DNA of 64,000 nucleotides, from contig CAWDVR010000001.1 of assembly GCA_963805975.1 (NCBI GenBank), positions 960,001 to 1,024,000 on the forward strand. Direction: 5' to 3'. The DNA comes from an uncultured Acidobacteriota bacterium. Lineage in GTDB: Bacteria > Acidobacteriota > Thermoanaerobaculia > Multivoradales > SZUA-115. Within the stretch, counting starts at the first letter, position 1. Each line of letters opens with the position of its first letter. The notes beneath the pieces were generated by a model that did not search any database, was not told the DNA's origin, and saw only the letters and a list, made by a program, of their open reading frames with translations. The position numbers and the translations under genes were made by a program. Of this stretch, positions 31,688 to 40,507 are shown piece by piece.

Positions 31688-32479
31688 TTACTTGGAAGCA
31701 ACCACCGACGCCGCGTTCGGCGACAGGGGCAGGTGACGGACGATCTCGCGGAACTTGACGATGCCCGAGGTCAGGGTGCCGACCTCGCGACCGTTGGCGA
31801 GCATGCGGATCGGGTCGACGGTGACCGAGGCCTGGTGGCCGACCGGCGGAATGGTCGTCACTTCGGAGAACCACACCGCGTGGTCCTTGGTGGTCATCTC
31901 GAGGCCGAGGTCCTGCATCGAAACGTTGACCGCAACCGGAGCGCGGCAAACCGCGACCGGCTCGACGCCACCGATCTCGCCCTCAGCCGCGGCGCCGTTC
32001 GAAGCGGCGAGAGCGGTGGTGGCGTGGCCGGGGATGGTGATGCGACCGACCTGGCCGACGGCCGGGCGGGTCGAGTCGAGGGTCACGTGAACGCGACCGA
32101 ACACCTTGCTGTTGCCGACGAGGTCCATCGCCACGAACTGCGTGTCGGTGACCGCGGTGGCCCACTTGTCGGTGGTCGGCTTGCCGTGGGTGACGGCGAT
32201 CCAGCCGGTCAGCTCGACAGTGTCCTCACCGATGCCGTCGATGGTGTAGCTCTCGTCGAGCTGCACGCGCATCACGTCGACGCCGGGCTTGGGAAGGGTG
32301 TAGGGCTGCGGCGGGATGGCTTCCAGGCTCGCGAGCTGCACCTGCGAGAGGGAGTTCATCTCGTTGACCAGCGCTGCGACGACGAGCTGGTCGGAGTTGC
32401 CGGCGCTGACGCCGACGGCGGCAATGCCCGCCACCAGCACGAGAGCGGCGGCGATCAGCCAACGCGTACGGATCTTCAT
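31688..32479 (-). CDS. Secreted beta-rich protein of unknown function, copy 1 (DUF6073-like)
   Basis: GAGGAGG RBS, signal peptide. Differs from copy 2 only at the N-terminus, at GEIGGVEPVAVC vs GEVGGEEPVAIC, and at the last residue. Confidence 0.8.
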   Translation of the reverse strand: MKIRTRWLIAAALVLVAGIAAVGVSAGNSDQLVVAALVNEMNSLSQVQLASLEAIPPQPYTLPKPGVDVMRVQLDESYTIDGIGEDTVELTGWIAVTHGKPTTDKWATAVTDTQFVAMDLVGNSKVFGRVHVTLDSTRPAVGQVGRITIPGHATTALAASNGAAAEGEIGGVEPVAVCRAPVAVNVSMQDLGLEMTTKDHAVWFSEVTTIPPVGHQASVTVDPIRMLANGREVGTLTSGIVKFREIVRHLPLSPNAASVVASK

Positions 32480-32502
32480 TCTTCCTCCTCGAAACATGTG
32501 TT

Positions 32503-34392
32503 TCACATTCGCCCCGGTGCCGGCCTATCCGGTAGCGGGCGAGTCTGGGACTGGAGCAGATCGGGAAGGCCGTCGCCGTTGGCGTCGGCGAGCGCCGGCA
32601 GCAGCTCGCCGTACGCTTCCGCGCGATTCACCATCTCGTAGGAGAAGTACTCGTCGCCGTCCGGCCCCCGCACCTTGCCGCGGTAGGCCGGGGGCACCCG
32701 GAAGAGCAGCTCGGGCTGGAAGCGCTCGGGCCCCGTGTCCCGGCCCGCCACCTGGTAGCGATCGCGGACCGCGCCGTCACCGTCGAGGTCGGCGGGCAGC
32801 ACGTCCGGCTGGTAGAGGACCAGCGAGCGCAGGAAGGCGAGGAGGGCCCGGCGATCCTCCTCGGGCGCGGCACGGTAGGCGGCAGAGGAGGTCTCCGCCG
32901 CGCCGCCGTGGCGGCGGATCACGTCGTCGAGCGTCGGGCTCTTGCCGTCGTGACCGTAGGGTGCAGTGGAGCCTACTCCCCACAGTGGCGGCGTACGGTA
33001 GCGCTTGAGCACGAAGAACCTCCCCTGGAAGTGATAGTGCTCGTAGAAGCGCTCACCGAGATCATGGTGGCGAAAATCGCTGAAAATATCTTTCACCAGG
33101 AACGCCTCGCGCCTGGGCTCGACGAGCACGGTGCCGTCTTCCCGCCGCACGGCCCGGGTCAGCGGCCGGAGCTTCCCCTCCAGGCGGTGCCGCTCCGGCT
33201 GGTAGGCGACCTCGAGGTCGAAGAAGCGGCGGTCGCCGGGCAGTCCGGCGGCCGGATCGGCGGCACGGATCTGCCAGCTCTCCGTGTGGCAGGCGGCGCA
33301 GCCCATGGTGCCGAGCAGGGCGCGCCCGCGCTGCGTCTCGTCGTCCTGCGCGCCGAGGGCCGGCGCCGGGTGGTTCAGCAGGTACCACTCCACGAGGTCG
33401 ATCTCGCCCTGGCCCATGGTGCCCGGGGTGTTCGGTTGCATGCGGGCCAGCGCTTCGAGCGTGCTCCCCTGGAGCTCGGGGTTGGGCTGCAGCGCGCCGG
33501 CGTTCGAGGTGCCGGCCCAGGCCAGCTCCGGCGCCCGCCGGGCCGCGGGACCGACGCCCCAGAGCAGCGTGGGATCGTCGGGAGCCACACCCATCACGGT
33601 GAGCAGCGCGCCGTTCTGAAACAGGCGGATGGTGGGCACCTGATGGTCGCCGGCCGAGGAGGAGAAGATCGCGAAGGAAACGTCGAACCCCGCGACACCG
33701 GGGTCTCCCAGCCGCGCCGGCCGGCCCTCCGGGCCGCGGCGCACGGTGCGGCCGCCGGCATCGACGTAGATGGCCTGCGCTACGGGGTTGAGGTCGGGAC
33801 GGCGGTCGCCGTCCTCGTCGGCGAGCGAGCCGAAGTCCACTGTGGCGCCGGCTGTCGCCGCGAAGACGGCCCGCTTGCCCGTGGTCTCCGCCGGCACGTC
33901 GAGGAATCCGTTGCGGTTGGTGTCGTGCGCGGCCAAGAGCTCGGCTCGCATCTGCTGCGCGAGGATCTCCATCAGGCCGGCGCCGAAGAGGTGCGGCGTG
34001 TTGCGGCCGAAGCCCGCCGGCTCGGCGGTGTTGCCGCCCGCGCCCGGCGAGCGGAACGGCAGGTTGTGGCACATCCCGCACGAGGTGGTGGTGGCGGCCA
34101 CGAAGTGCTCGGTGACGTTGGTGAAGACCCCCTCGTCCTTGCCCCACTCGTGGAAGAAGTACGAGCGGCCCCGCTGGTAGGCGAGCCACGGGTCGGCCTG
34201 CTGCAGGTGCATGGAGGTGCCCGCGAGGTCCGGCGTCGCCGAGTGCATCACCCGCACCCGCTTCTCCCGCAGCGACAGCCCCGAGGGATCGTCGGGGCGC
34301 ACCGAGATCTGGGCCACCGCCGCGGCGGCGGACGCCAGGGCCACAGCCAGGGCGGCGGCGCTAGGGCGTGTTCTGCGCATGCTGGGGCGCAT
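32503..34392 (-). CDS. Secreted di-haem oxidoreductase (DHOR-like) 1
   Basis: Signal peptide, CGMCH and CAACH, RNTPHLFGAGL, RTPPLWGVGSTAPYGHDG..HGG, several DxNxDG-type Ca-binding loops. Alternative start 34380. Confidence 0.85.
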   Translation of the reverse strand: MRPSMRRTRPSAAALAVALASAAAAVAQISVRPDDPSGLSLREKRVRVMHSATPDLAGTSMHLQQADPWLAYQRGRSYFFHEWGKDEGVFTNVTEHFVAATTTSCGMCHNLPFRSPGAGGNTAEPAGFGRNTPHLFGAGLMEILAQQMRAELLAAHDTNRNGFLDVPAETTGKRAVFAATAGATVDFGSLADEDGDRRPDLNPVAQAIYVDAGGRTVRRGPEGRPARLGDPGVAGFDVSFAIFSSSAGDHQVPTIRLFQNGALLTVMGVAPDDPTLLWGVGPAARRAPELAWAGTSNAGALQPNPELQGSTLEALARMQPNTPGTMGQGEIDLVEWYLLNHPAPALGAQDDETQRGRALLGTMGCAACHTESWQIRAADPAAGLPGDRRFFDLEVAYQPERHRLEGKLRPLTRAVRREDGTVLVEPRREAFLVKDIFSDFRHHDLGERFYEHYHFQGRFFVLKRYRTPPLWGVGSTAPYGHDGKSPTLDDVIRRHGGAAETSSAAYRAAPEEDRRALLAFLRSLVLYQPDVLPADLDGDGAVRDRYQVAGRDTGPERFQPELLFRVPPAYRGKVRGPDGDEYFSYEMVNRAEAYGELLPALADANGDGLPDLLQSQTRPLPDRPAPGRM

Positions 34393-36346
34393 CGGTGCCT
34401 CCGATCCCGGACTGCTGCGGCAGCGGGTCGACGATGTCGGGGAAGCCATCCCGGTCGGTGTCCCGGCGCTGGGCGAGGCCCAGCCCGAAGACCTCTTCGA
34501 CGTTCTCGATCAACATCAGCGGTCGCGACACGCCGGCTGAGTCCATGGCCTCTTTGAGATGCTTGTAACGCGGCGGGTGGGACACCAGGAAGCGCGCGTC
34601 GAAGCGCTCGTAACCCACGTCCTGGCCGGCCACCAGGAAACGCTCGGCCAGACGGCCGTCACCGTCGACGTCGGCCGGGATCTCGTCGGTCGAATAGAGC
34701 ACCAGCGACTCGAGGTAGGCGAGCAGGCGGTGGCGCTCGGCCGCCGGCAGCGCCCCGTAGGCCGCGGCCTCTGGAGCGGCCTCGCCGCCGTGCGCCCGGA
34801 TCACTTCGTCGAGGGTGGCGAAGCGACCGCTGTGACCGTAGGGCGCGGTCGAACCGACGCCCCAGAGCGGGGTCGTCCGGTGCTCGCGCTGGAGAGAGCC
34901 GTCGAAGCGCCGCTCCCAGAGCTCGGGTCCCAGGTCCCACTGTTTGAAGTCGGTGTAGAGCCGCGACACCTCGAAGGCCTCGCCCCTGGGCAGGCGCTCG
35001 CCCGAGGGCAGCTCACGGTCCAGCCGCACCAGCCGTCCGCTGAGAGCCGGCCGGCCGTCGGCACCGAGGGTGGTGCGGGTCTCGAGGTGGAAGTGCCGGC
35101 GATCACCGGCCCAGCCCCGGCTATCGTCGCGGGCCTCGAGGCGCCAGCTCTCGACGTGACAGCGTTCGCAGCCGGCGGCGAACAGCGCCGAGCGGCCGGA
35201 CTCGCTGAGTGGGGTCGCCAGCACCGCCGGCGCCGGCCCGTGCAGCATGGCGTGCTCGACGGCGTCGACGTCGCCTTCCGACAGCTCGTTGGGGAAGCCG
35301 TCACCGTCCGGGTCGTCGAGGGACAGGCCGCCGGGCGTGAGCTTCCTGCCGAGGTCTGTCGAGCCGCCGAGGTCGAACTGCTGCGCGCCGGCGAGCGAGC
35401 GCCGCGCCAGGCCGCCGCGCACCGGGAGCTGCGTCGGGTCGTAGGTCTGCAACCCCATGTGGACGTCGGCGGCGCCGGTATAGAAGCCGCGGAGCGTCGA
35501 GGCCTCGCCGCCCTCGGCGACGCGGCGTCCGGCGAGGAGCCGTGTGCCGCGGCCCCAGCCGAAGGGTTGGGCGGCGAAGCTGAAGCCCGCGACCCGCGGG
35601 TCGGTGAGGCTCACCGCGTCGGCCACCAGCTCGCCCCGGGCGTCGACGTACCAGACCCGGAACAGCGGGTTGAGGCGTGGCACGCCGTCGGTGCCCGGCG
35701 ACAGGTCGCCGTAGTCGATCTCGGGGGTGCCGGGCTCGGGCCGCACGCGCACCGGCGAGGGCGAGGCCACCTCGGCGCGCGCCAACACGCCGTCGCGGTT
35801 CCGGTCGTAGGTGGAGAGGATCTGGCTGCGGATCTGCTCGCCCAGCATCTCGATCAGGCCGGCACCGAAGAAGTGCGGCGTGTTGCGGCCCTCCCCGCCG
35901 GTCGAGCCGATGCTCTGACCGGCCCCCGGCTCGCGGTAGGGGATGGAGTGGCAGAACCCGCAGCTCGCCGTGTGGTCGCGGGTGAAGCGCGACGAGCCGC
36001 CGTGGGTCACCGGCTCCTGGCGGTCCACGTAGAGCGGCACGCTGTGCTCGCCGCTCCGGCCGTAGACGCCGTGCGAGGGCCGGAACTGGCGGTTCACCAG
36101 GTCGCGCCCGAGCTGGTAGAGGAGGAAGGGGTCGTCGTTGGCGAGCTGGGCCGTGGTCCCGGCCAGGGTGCGGTCGCGAGAGTGGACGAGGTGAACCAGG
36201 GGGTAGGGGATCGAGACCCCCGTGGGGTCGTTGGCGCTCTCCGCCACCTGTGCCGCGGCCGGTCCCAGCACGGCGACGAGCGCGGTGACCGCTGCCGCCG
36301 CGAGCAGGGCCAGCGCCAGGCTACCCGTGAGGCGCGGACGACTCAT
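34361..36346 (-). CDS. Secreted di-haem oxidoreductase (DHOR-like) 2
   Basis: ATG 36346 overlapping the upstream stop, signal peptide, CGFCH and CERCH, RNTPHFFGAGL, RTTPLWGVGSTAPYGHSG..HGGEA. Confidence 0.85.
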   Translation of the reverse strand: MSRPRLTGSLALALLAAAAVTALVAVLGPAAAQVAESANDPTGVSIPYPLVHLVHSRDRTLAGTTAQLANDDPFLLYQLGRDLVNRQFRPSHGVYGRSGEHSVPLYVDRQEPVTHGGSSRFTRDHTASCGFCHSIPYREPGAGQSIGSTGGEGRNTPHFFGAGLIEMLGEQIRSQILSTYDRNRDGVLARAEVASPSPVRVRPEPGTPEIDYGDLSPGTDGVPRLNPLFRVWYVDARGELVADAVSLTDPRVAGFSFAAQPFGWGRGTRLLAGRRVAEGGEASTLRGFYTGAADVHMGLQTYDPTQLPVRGGLARRSLAGAQQFDLGGSTDLGRKLTPGGLSLDDPDGDGFPNELSEGDVDAVEHAMLHGPAPAVLATPLSESGRSALFAAGCERCHVESWRLEARDDSRGWAGDRRHFHLETRTTLGADGRPALSGRLVRLDRELPSGERLPRGEAFEVSRLYTDFKQWDLGPELWERRFDGSLQREHRTTPLWGVGSTAPYGHSGRFATLDEVIRAHGGEAAPEAAAYGALPAAERHRLLAYLESLVLYSTDEIPADVDGDGRLAERFLVAGQDVGYERFDARFLVSHPPRYKHLKEAMDSAGVSRPLMLIENVEEVFGLGLAQRRDTDRDGFPDIVDPLPQQSGIGGTDAPQHAQNTP

Positions 36347-37206
36347 CGCCGGCCTCCCGCCGCGACGCTCGCCGGCAGCGCCGTCACCACGTCGATCAGC
36401 GTCGGCAGGGCCGCCGGCTCGAAGAGCGCCGCCCCAGCCGGCGTATAGCCGGGCCGGAAGTCCTCGAGGCTGAGCACCGAGGAGTGGCCGTCCGCCCCCT
36501 CCATCACCATCCGGGTCTCGGTCCAGGCGCCATCTACCTGCTCGACACCTTCGACCCGCATGCGCTTCGCCACCGCGGCCGGCTGGCCGCCCGCGGCCGG
36601 CCGCAGGTGATCGACGCCCAGGAGAAGGGGCGGGCTCGCGGACAGGTAGTAACGGGAGACGAGCTGCGGGCCGGAGACGGGCTCGGGCGTCGCCTCGACG
36701 ATCCACGCCTCGCGGCCGAGGAGAGTCTCGCGGCCCAGAGTCTTGAAGCGAAAGCCGCGGGTGGGGAGCCGCATGCGCAGGTCGCGGTAGCCGAAGTCCG
36801 AGCCCAGGAGGCCCTGGTCGAAGTGGCTCGGCGCCACGGTCAGCACCCGCCGCTCGCCGGCCGGCAGATGGAGGAAGACCTTCATGCCTTCGGGCGCGCT
36901 CGGGTCCTCGACCAGCAGGTAGTTGGTGCCGCGGAGGCCGGCCGGCTCGGTGAGCACGAAGACAGTGCGCACCACGGCACCGTCCTGCCGCCAGAGATTG
37001 GTGACCTCGAAGCTGCGGGTCACCTTGGCGCCGGACCTGAGCTCGAGCCGGACCAGGCGGCGGCCGGGGTTGCCGAAGTTCCGGCTGTTGTAGGAGGCGA
37101 TCAGGCGTGCAGGGTCGGGAGGCGCCGCTGCGGTGCCGGCAGCGGCGGCGGGCACAGCGCAGAGCGAGAAGAGGACCGAGGCGAGTAGGGCGGCGACAGC
37201 CAGCAT
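36343..37206 (-). CDS. Outer-membrane lipoprotein-sorting (LolA-like/DUF1329-type) protein
   Basis: Signal peptide, EPAGLRGTNYL..LHLPAGERRV..LLGSDFGYRDL..WIVEATP. Confidence 0.8.
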   Translation of the reverse strand: MLAVAALLASVLFSLCAVPAAAAGTAAAPPDPARLIASYNSRNFGNPGRRLVRLELRSGAKVTRSFEVTNLWRQDGAVVRTVFVLTEPAGLRGTNYLLVEDPSAPEGMKVFLHLPAGERRVLTVAPSHFDQGLLGSDFGYRDLRMRLPTRGFRFKTLGRETLLGREAWIVEATPEPVSGPQLVSRYYLSASPPLLLGVDHLRPAAGGQPAAVAKRMRVEGVEQVDGAWTETRMVMEGADGHSSVLSLEDFRPGYTPAGAALFEPAALPTLIDVVTALPASVAAGGRR

Positions 37207-37302
37207 GCTCGGGCTCTTCCCGTCTCCTTTCGCGCCGGCAGCGCGGCGGCGCCTCGTACACTTCGCTTGCTGTTGTTCCAACTTCTTCTTGTAGTTGGGT
37301 CC

Positions 37303-37318
37303 AGCAAAGAGGGTGCCA
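37303..37318 (-). promoter_or_regulatory. Sigma-54 (-24/-12) promoter
   Basis: Minus strand reads TGGCACCCTCTTTGCT, a perfect TGGCAC-N5-TTGCW match ~100 nt upstream of the LolA-like ATG in an intergenic gap. Confidence 0.85.
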
Positions 37319-37368
37319 GCGGCATGCACCGAAATTGGGCACCTCCCGGCGGATCGCGGTGTGATTTC

Positions 37369-37406
37369 GAGTATCGCCTTACCCGGCATCGCGTACCCCA
37401 TTACTC
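37369..37406. promoter_or_regulatory. Paired putative enhancer (UAS) sites
   Basis: Imperfect palindromes GAGTATCGCCTTACCC (37369-84) and GCGTACCCCATTACTC (37391-406), 22 bp apart, upstream of the sigma-54 promoter. Confidence 0.5.
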
Positions 37407-39797
37407 AGCTCCCCACCTGCGAAGAGCTACCCGTTCCGCCGCCGGGAGGATGCTGTCCGCGGGCGCCGCCAGGAGGATCGCCGGCACCACCAGCAGCGTC
37501 ATCGCCGCCGAGACCGTGAGGCTGAGGCAGACGAGCAGCGCGAGCTGCAGGTTGGGCAGCACCTGCGAGAAGCCCAGCACGGCGAGGCCGGAGCAGATGG
37601 CGAGCGAGCTCTTGAGGATCGCGGGTGCCGTGTTCTCGAAGGCGGAGCGGATCGCCGGGCCGCGCGCCAGGCCCGCGCCCAGCCGTTCGCGGTAGCGGGC
37701 CACCAGGTGGATCGAGTAGTCGACTCCGATGCCCAGCGCGACGGCGGCGAACATCGAGTTGGCAATGCCCAAGGGCGTGCCGCTCGCAGCCAGCAGGGCG
37801 AACACCAGGAGGACCGAGACCACGATCGGCGCGAGCGCCAGGAGGGTGGTCGACAGGGAGCGGAAGAGCAGCCAGAGCAGGAAGGCGTTGGCGAGGAGAG
37901 CGAGCCCCACCGACTTCACCTGTCCCGCCACCAGGAGCTCGACCGCGAGGTAGCTGATCCAGCCGTCGCCGAACGGCGTGACCTCGAAGCCGCCGGCGCC
38001 GCTGCGGGCCGCCGCCAGGATGCCGCCGATGCGGGCGTAGCTCGCCTCGTTGACGAAGACCGTCAGCCGGGTCCGGCCGTGGGTCTCCTCGATGCGCTCG
38101 CCGAGCGGCGAGCTGCGGAGAGTGGCGAGCATGAGGAGCGAGCGCTCGACGGCGGTCGGCGAGAGGCTGGCGCGGCCGGCCGCGAGGTCGCTGCGCAAAG
38201 CGTGGTACGACACGCCCGCGAGGGCCGCCTCGGTGCGCACCACGTCGTCGAACACGCTCGCCACCGCACCCACGTGCGGCTGGCTCGCCAGCAGGTCTTC
38301 CAGGCGGCCGAGCGCGGCCAGCTCGCCAGGATCGACGAAGCCCCGCGGGTGGCGGCTCGCCACCAGCAGCTCGACGCGCGTGGTGCCGGCCATCCGCTGG
38401 TTCAAGGCCCGGTCGCCGGCGGCGATGTCACTGCTCGGCGGTAGGTTGCGGACCCAGTTGTCCTCGATCGAGAGCCGGCTGGCGGCGACCGCGAAGGCGG
38501 CGACCGCGAGCGCTGCGAGGCAGGCCAGCAGCCGGCGGGGGCCGAAGCGGGCGATGCGCTCGAAGAACCTGCCGCTCCAGGCCGGCGCTCCAGGCTCCGC
38601 GGCGTCGCCCGACGCGTCTCGCGGCTGGGGCCGGATCAGGCAGAGGAGCGCCGGCACCAGGGTGAAGGTCGAGACCGTGGAGACCAGGATGGCGAACGCG
38701 CCGTAGAGCCCGAAGATGCGTTGCGGCTCGAGCGGCGTGACCAGGAGCGAGAGCAGCCCGACGACGGTGGTGAGCGCGGTGAGCGCGATCGGCCGGGCGA
38801 CCGCGGTGAAGCTCTCGAGCACCACCTGGCCGGTGGGTGTACCGGGCGACGCCCGCGCCAGGCGAAAGAAGTTGTTGAGCGCGTAGACGTCGTCCGAGAC
38901 GCCGATCGCGATCAGGATCACCGGCAGCACCAGGGTGGTCACGAAGACCGCCTCGCCCACCAGGCCCATCAGGCCGGCGGTGAGCACCAGGCTGGCACCG
39001 ATCTCGGCCAGGGAGACCAGCGCTGGCACCGGATGGCGAAAGACCAGGACCAGCACCAGGGCGAGCACGCCGATCACCGCCGGCACCAGCCGCAGCAGGT
39101 CGCCGGCCGCCGCCAGGCCGAGGACGGCCTGGGCGAGGGCAGTCCCGGAGAGGAAGACCTGGACCTCGTCGGAGGGCGCCCCGGCGGAAGCGGCATCGCC
39201 CGCCGGCCGCGCGGCCAGCCGCCGCCGCACCTCGCTCAGCACGGCGTAGCGGTCGGCGCCGTCCTCCACCTCGGCATAGATCGCCGACGTGCGGCCATCG
39301 CGGGCGACCAGCACGCCGTCGTCGAGGCCCAGGGCCGCGGTCTCGCGGCGCAACTGCGCGATGGTCTCGGGCGTCGGCTCTCGCGGGGGCGCCAGGAGCG
39401 GTGTCAGGTCGAGGGTCTCGTCGGTGATCGCCAGCCGGGGGAGCGTCGTCAGGCTCACCACCGAGTCCGGCCGGATGCCGGGCACGGCGGCGAGATCGGC
39501 AGAGAGGGTCTGGATCAGGGCCAGCGCTCCGGCGGAGTAGACGCCCTCGGCCGCGTCCCTGGCGACCCCCACCACCACGACGTCGCGCAGGTGGAAGAGG
39601 CGGGCGGCCTGGTCGCTCGCCGCCAGCCCCGAGTGCCCGGCCGGGATCAGCGAACGGCCGTCGAGCTTGAGGCGGACGCCGGGCAGCACGGCGAGCGAGC
39701 CCAGGGCGAGCACCGCGGCGGTGCCCACCACCCAGCGCGGGCGCCGCACCGAGAAGGAGAGCAGCGCGAGGAGAGCGGCCAGGCCCAGTCGGCTCAA
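37401..39797 (-). CDS. MMPL/RND family exporter
   Basis: TTG start after GGAGG. Two halves with TM bundles (IAIGVSDDVY; LGIGVDYSIH). Confidence 0.88.
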   Translation of the reverse strand: MSRLGLAALLALLSFSVRRPRWVVGTAAVLALGSLAVLPGVRLKLDGRSLIPAGHSGLAASDQAARLFHLRDVVVVGVARDAAEGVYSAGALALIQTLSADLAAVPGIRPDSVVSLTTLPRLAITDETLDLTPLLAPPREPTPETIAQLRRETAALGLDDGVLVARDGRTSAIYAEVEDGADRYAVLSEVRRRLAARPAGDAASAGAPSDEVQVFLSGTALAQAVLGLAAAGDLLRLVPAVIGVLALVLVLVFRHPVPALVSLAEIGASLVLTAGLMGLVGEAVFVTTLVLPVILIAIGVSDDVYALNNFFRLARASPGTPTGQVVLESFTAVARPIALTALTTVVGLLSLLVTPLEPQRIFGLYGAFAILVSTVSTFTLVPALLCLIRPQPRDASGDAAEPGAPAWSGRFFERIARFGPRRLLACLAALAVAAFAVAASRLSIEDNWVRNLPPSSDIAAGDRALNQRMAGTTRVELLVASRHPRGFVDPGELAALGRLEDLLASQPHVGAVASVFDDVVRTEAALAGVSYHALRSDLAAGRASLSPTAVERSLLMLATLRSSPLGERIEETHGRTRLTVFVNEASYARIGGILAAARSGAGGFEVTPFGDGWISYLAVELLVAGQVKSVGLALLANAFLLWLLFRSLSTTLLALAPIVVSVLLVFALLAASGTPLGIANSMFAAVALGIGVDYSIHLVARYRERLGAGLARGPAIRSAFENTAPAILKSSLAICSGLAVLGFSQVLPNLQLALLVCLSLTVSAAMTLLVVPAILLAAPADSILPAAERVALRRWGAE

Positions 39798-39810
39798 GGG
39801 ATTCCTCCGT

Positions 39811-40455
39811 TCATCGTGCCGCGCGGTGGAGCTCGGTCGCGAGCCGCGCCTCCTCGTCCTGGGACGGCGTCGCCGGCGGGTTGAGGCGGGCGCAGTAGAC
39901 CTGGAGCGAATCGAGCACCGCCCGCCAGGCACCCTTGAAGAAGACGTGGGCGATCTCCCAGCCACCGCCGGTGCCGAAGCCGTGGTGCACCAGCTCGACC
40001 AGGGTCTTGCCCTTCTGGCCTGCGACCGGCGTGAGCGTCACCTCGACCCAGGTGGGCAGCGGCGTGACGTTCATCTCTTTCATGCTCGCCCGGCCCCGCC
40101 ACTCGAAGGCCAGGAAGGCGCCGGGATCGAGCGCCAGGATGCGGGCGCCCTTGGTGCCTTCGAGCACGCCCTCGGGATCGCCCTGGGGATCGAACAGCAC
40201 TTCGTAGCGGCCGCCCACCACCGGGTCGATGCGCGCTCCCGGGGCGAAGAAGTTGCGCAGCCCTGCCGGCGACAGCCACAGCTCGTAGGTCGCCTGCGGC
40301 GCGGTGTCGACGATCGTCTGGACCTCGATCGAGCGCTCGGTGCGGATCTTGCCGGCCCACAGCTCCTCACGCGCCGGGGCCGGCGGCTGCGCCGCGAGCG
40401 GCAGAGAGGCGCCGAGGAAGAGGAGTGCGAGCACCGTCCGTGGGGTGGCTTTCAT
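39811..40455 (-). CDS. Secreted SRPBCC/AHSA1-domain protein
   Basis: Signal peptide, YELWLSPAGLRNFF..IDPVVGGRYE..LAFEW..VEVTL..TLVELVHHGF..GAW..LDSL. Confidence 0.8.
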   Translation of the reverse strand: MKATPRTVLALLFLGASLPLAAQPPAPAREELWAGKIRTERSIEVQTIVDTAPQATYELWLSPAGLRNFFAPGARIDPVVGGRYEVLFDPQGDPEGVLEGTKGARILALDPGAFLAFEWRGRASMKEMNVTPLPTWVEVTLTPVAGQKGKTLVELVHHGFGTGGGWEIAHVFFKGAWRAVLDSLQVYCARLNPPATPSQDEEARLATELHRAAR

Positions 40456-40507
40456 GGCAATTCCTCCGGGCATTGCAGTTCTTTCGGCATTCAGAGCGTG
40501 AAGCGCC

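Larger units (their letters stand above)
30734..32479. repeat. Tandem near-identical duplication of a ~790-bp gene
   Basis: 30734-31525 and 31688-32479 align nearly base for base, including most synonymous sites. Confidence 0.92.

Noticed and set aside
36347-37342. N-terminal extension of the 993-aa ORF 34361-37342
   Set aside because: It overlaps the LolA-like gene in another frame and the sigma-54 promoter. The credible start with a signal peptide is ATG 36346.
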